NCBI GenBank assembly: GCA_002633005.1
Contig: NMRA01000637.1
Location: forward strand, 158,667 to 222,666
From: Phoronis australis
Lineage: Eukaryota > Animalia > Phoronida
Direction: 5' to 3'
DNA length: 64,000 nucleotides
The notes beneath the pieces were generated by a model. The model ran no database searches and was not told the origin of the DNA. It worked only from the letters and a program-made list of their open reading frames with translations. Positions 50,261 to 64,000 of the stretch are shown piece after piece. The position numbers and the translations under genes were made by a program. How positions within the stretch are numbered: position 1 is the first letter of the stretch; every line of letters begins with the position of its first letter.

Positions 50261-53067
50261 TCGGGAAACCGAAGTTCCCCGCGTGCGCGGTGGTATGCGT
50301 GTATATTGGGCGGCACCTGCTTGCTTGTGCGCGCTCTGTGTGGTTTCGTTTAAATTCAAAATAAACCCAAAAATATTTGGGTTTGTGTTTGATTGCAACG
50401 TGAGAACTTGAACACATTCCTGACCTACTTCTTTAATGATAGGATTCAGCTGCATTTAAGTACATGCTGGTATTATCAAAAATCAATAACATCTTAATAT
50501 AGCATTTACCAGTTGAACAGCATTTGATAATCAAGCCTTAGCCGATCTTAGGCAATGCTAAATTTCACGGTAGAATCACAGTTTATCATATGTGGTTAAA
50601 ACAGTGAACGAACTTAGTTAAATGGGCATTTCCCTCTATGACCTACACATAAAAATCACATGATTAGCCGACTAACTGTGATAAACCGGTGTGAAAAATT
50701 TGCTTGCTAAGACAGCACTCGATAAGTGCAACTGCCAATCGGTCATGGTGCAGGGTTTGTAATGACGAATGGTAAAGAAGAGAGAATTTTTGGTGGTGAT
50801 ACCGTATATAGTTCTACCAATAAGTAGACTTATGTGACAGATATATTTTTTGTTTTAAAATTGAACACCAAGAAACGTTTTTTTTTTTGCATGAAAAAGT
50901 CGAAATAATTATAAAAAATACGAAAAAGAAGCATCTTTAAGCCAAATAAGAGGAAATCGAAACCAATAGAGGAAATCATGTTAAAGAGGAAGTTGACGAA
51001 CCCTGATGGTAGAGTTGGTCACCGGCAACAAGGGATTTTTGACACCGTACCCTAATGGCCTGTGAATGGCGATCTTGGAAATCTTTTCTATTATGTCAAG
51101 GACAGATTTGAAATATGCTTTTCGAGTCTTACTTTATTTAGATTGTGAATAATGAAAGAATTATCAACCAATGTTTCATGGGCCTGCTGACTGACTGTAG
51201 ACTTGAACGAGACAAGTTACGGCTAACCTACAGAAGACAGTGTTAAACATACAGGACAATAAGGGATTATCACAGTATGGTCAAGGGCCTGCAAGTATTT
51301 TATGTATTAAGAGGGCTAGGTGTAGTGGAGTGTCACGACTGTTGAACTCGGAAAGCTTGCACCGACGTGATATTCAATACAGCAGGGTTTGGAGCGTGAA
51401 ATTACAGGGGGTTATTGGGTTCATAGTTCTGATTCATATGGCATTCACAGACATTGTTCCCGGCAAGTTTTGGTGGGTAGCACGTGGCTGTAAGTATAGT
51501 GAATAATTTATTTTGCACGACGAGATACTTTGCTTTCGTTGACGTTCATCGAATATCTTGGTCTCCGACAACTGCTAATTTGTAATGGTGGTTGCCGACA
51601 TTATAGAACATTGAACATCGCCACCTTGTCGAATCGGTCAAGTATGACATTAACAATAGGGTCACCTAGATTGAACTTCCCTGCGCGGAGATCGCAGCCT
51701 GATGCATTAAATGACTGACCTACTCTTCAAAATGCGAGACAACGCATTTCACGTCAGCACTTCATCAGCACTGCAACCGCAAATGCAACACTACAAGTTT
51801 GGCTGCATTGCGCATGACGAATTACAACAGTAGCTATATAGTAAATGCATGGAATTTATTATAGTCCATATATGATAATGTGACTTGTGAAGTGCTCGAC
51901 ACACCTGTTGCACTGTGGGTAATTACTTTGGAGCGGGAGGGATGCTTTGCTATTTCAGGACATGGCTATACTTTTTTTGAAAATACCAACGCTAGTGTCC
52001 CGCTGAAACTAAGCAAGATCTCGCAAGTATATGACCATGTATTTCCAATGAACGAACATGACATTGACTGGATTTCCCCGCCGTGATACGGATATTGAAC
52101 TCGACCCATATATTTAGGGAAGTCTAGTCAGAGACCGTAGCGTCTTTGGTCTCATGTAGTAAGTCACCGTGGCTTTTGATCTCAGTTCCCGTTAGCCCAC
52201 TTTGTCAGTTTGTATTTACTAATGACACGTAAATGGTTTAGGATGAGTTGACTTTGTTTCCATGAAATGGACATTCGGCGCACCTCATTATCTAAGCTCC
52301 AAACAGATACCAGGCGGGTCGCTTGAGGTATTCCATCCCTGGGAGACTTAATCTGCGTGTTTTAATCAAGTCAAGACAGCTGAGATAAGCTGGGTGGATT
52401 TTGTTCAAACTGACAATTTGGCACTATACTGGATCTTTCACCACGTTTGGACGTCAGTGCACGATAAGGAGTACTGATATGACCACTCGGTGAACGCCCG
52501 GCCATCTCTGTTGATGTATAAGCGAACACTATTTTTTATGCATGGCAGAGTAATATCAAGCCATCATTGTTTCACCACGAGCTGAATTAAAAGCCTATTC
52601 CCTGGGGTGTGTAAAAACGTATTTCTAAGGAGATTTCCTCAGGCAGTCATTCATTTCCAGTCCATTCCACCGGTCGTCCACAAATTTCCCTATAACTCAG
52701 CGTGGAGTCCCGCGTGTAGAAGTTTTCAGTAAAGAGTTGGCAGTGTCGGTGATTCGAACGCAAGCGACGCCCCCTGTGGACTGTGCACTTCACAATGCAC
52801 TGCGATGTCCGCAGTCGTGGTTTATATATCCGCTGCAGGAAATCCGTGTGTTGATGATTCCTAACGAGATATCATTTAATCCTATTAAAGAGATTGGTGG
52901 AATATGCGTGCTCAGACCTGTACGGGGACTGACAGACACATATGCCAGTAACAGCAAACAGACCAATCTTTCTGGCCGTTTTCGATGTTTACTTTTTCTG
53001 TTTTAGACGGCTTTAATGTGTTGTGTGGAGTTCCTACGGAAACGGACCAGCAACCCAGTTCGAGAGA

Positions 53068-53126
53068 ATGAACACACCGAGTGGCGGGTCAAGGAAAGAC
53101 GGACAGTCTAAAGCTATTTCTCAACA

Positions 53127-53130
<4 letters not shown>
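53068..53130 (+). promoter_or_regulatory. Candidate 20-codon uORF whose TGA overlaps the PLK start codon
   Basis: ATG 53068 (MNTPSGGSRKDGQSKAISQQ*), TGA 53128-53130. The PLK ATG is 53127-53129 (ATGA). Confidence 0.45.
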
Positions 53131-63750
<10,620 letters not shown>

Positions 63751-64000
63751 GTTGGTTGTTTCACGCACTCACTCCTCAACAGTTGATGTTAAATGGAGAT
63801 ATAATGGGTGGCGACTAGAAACTGGCTTACATTTGATGAAACGGGCACCACTTTAGAGAAGATATCTACCGAGACAAGTTGATCACTTTGTGTGATTGCT
63901 TTAATCTCTGGGCCTAGTGTGGTTGTTCCTACGCAGTTTCTACACTGAAAAATTAATTTCTGTCTGAATTTTTTGTGAGTTGGGGGGGGGGGGGGGGGGG

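Noticed and set aside
63982-64000. Terminal poly-G run (possible G-quadruplex)
   Set aside because: Homopolymer truncated by the window edge; may be a simple repeat or a sequencing artefact.

Overview
Eukaryotic (AT-rich, spliceosomal GT-AG introns; most likely a marine invertebrate animal) genomic window, not prokaryotic. Three host genes are supported: an intronless-CDS TRIM-NHL E3 ligase (16147-18105, -), a complete 9-exon annexin (29033-41652, -, 323 aa by my exon reconstruction) and a PLK2/3-like polo-like kinase (53127 to beyond the window end, +, 12 exons seen). The rest is mostly decayed mobile DNA: a CR1/L2-type LINE remnant, a Tx1/L1-type LINE lying inside a 7.1-kb long-TIR element, Penelope-like elements, a Tc1 transposase relic, a THAP-bearing Kolobok-like element nested in another TIR element, MITEs and minisatellites. 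The most notable observations are (i) a Penelope insertion in PLK intron 4 with two inverted minimal hammerhead-ribozyme motifs, one sense to the pre-mRNA, (ii) a LINE-inside-TIR composite reminiscent of Xenopus Tx1C, (iii) a uORF whose stop overlaps the PLK start (ATGA), and (iv) a decayed SF1/Schlafen-like helicase relic between annexin and PLK. No database searches were run; family assignments come from motif recognition.
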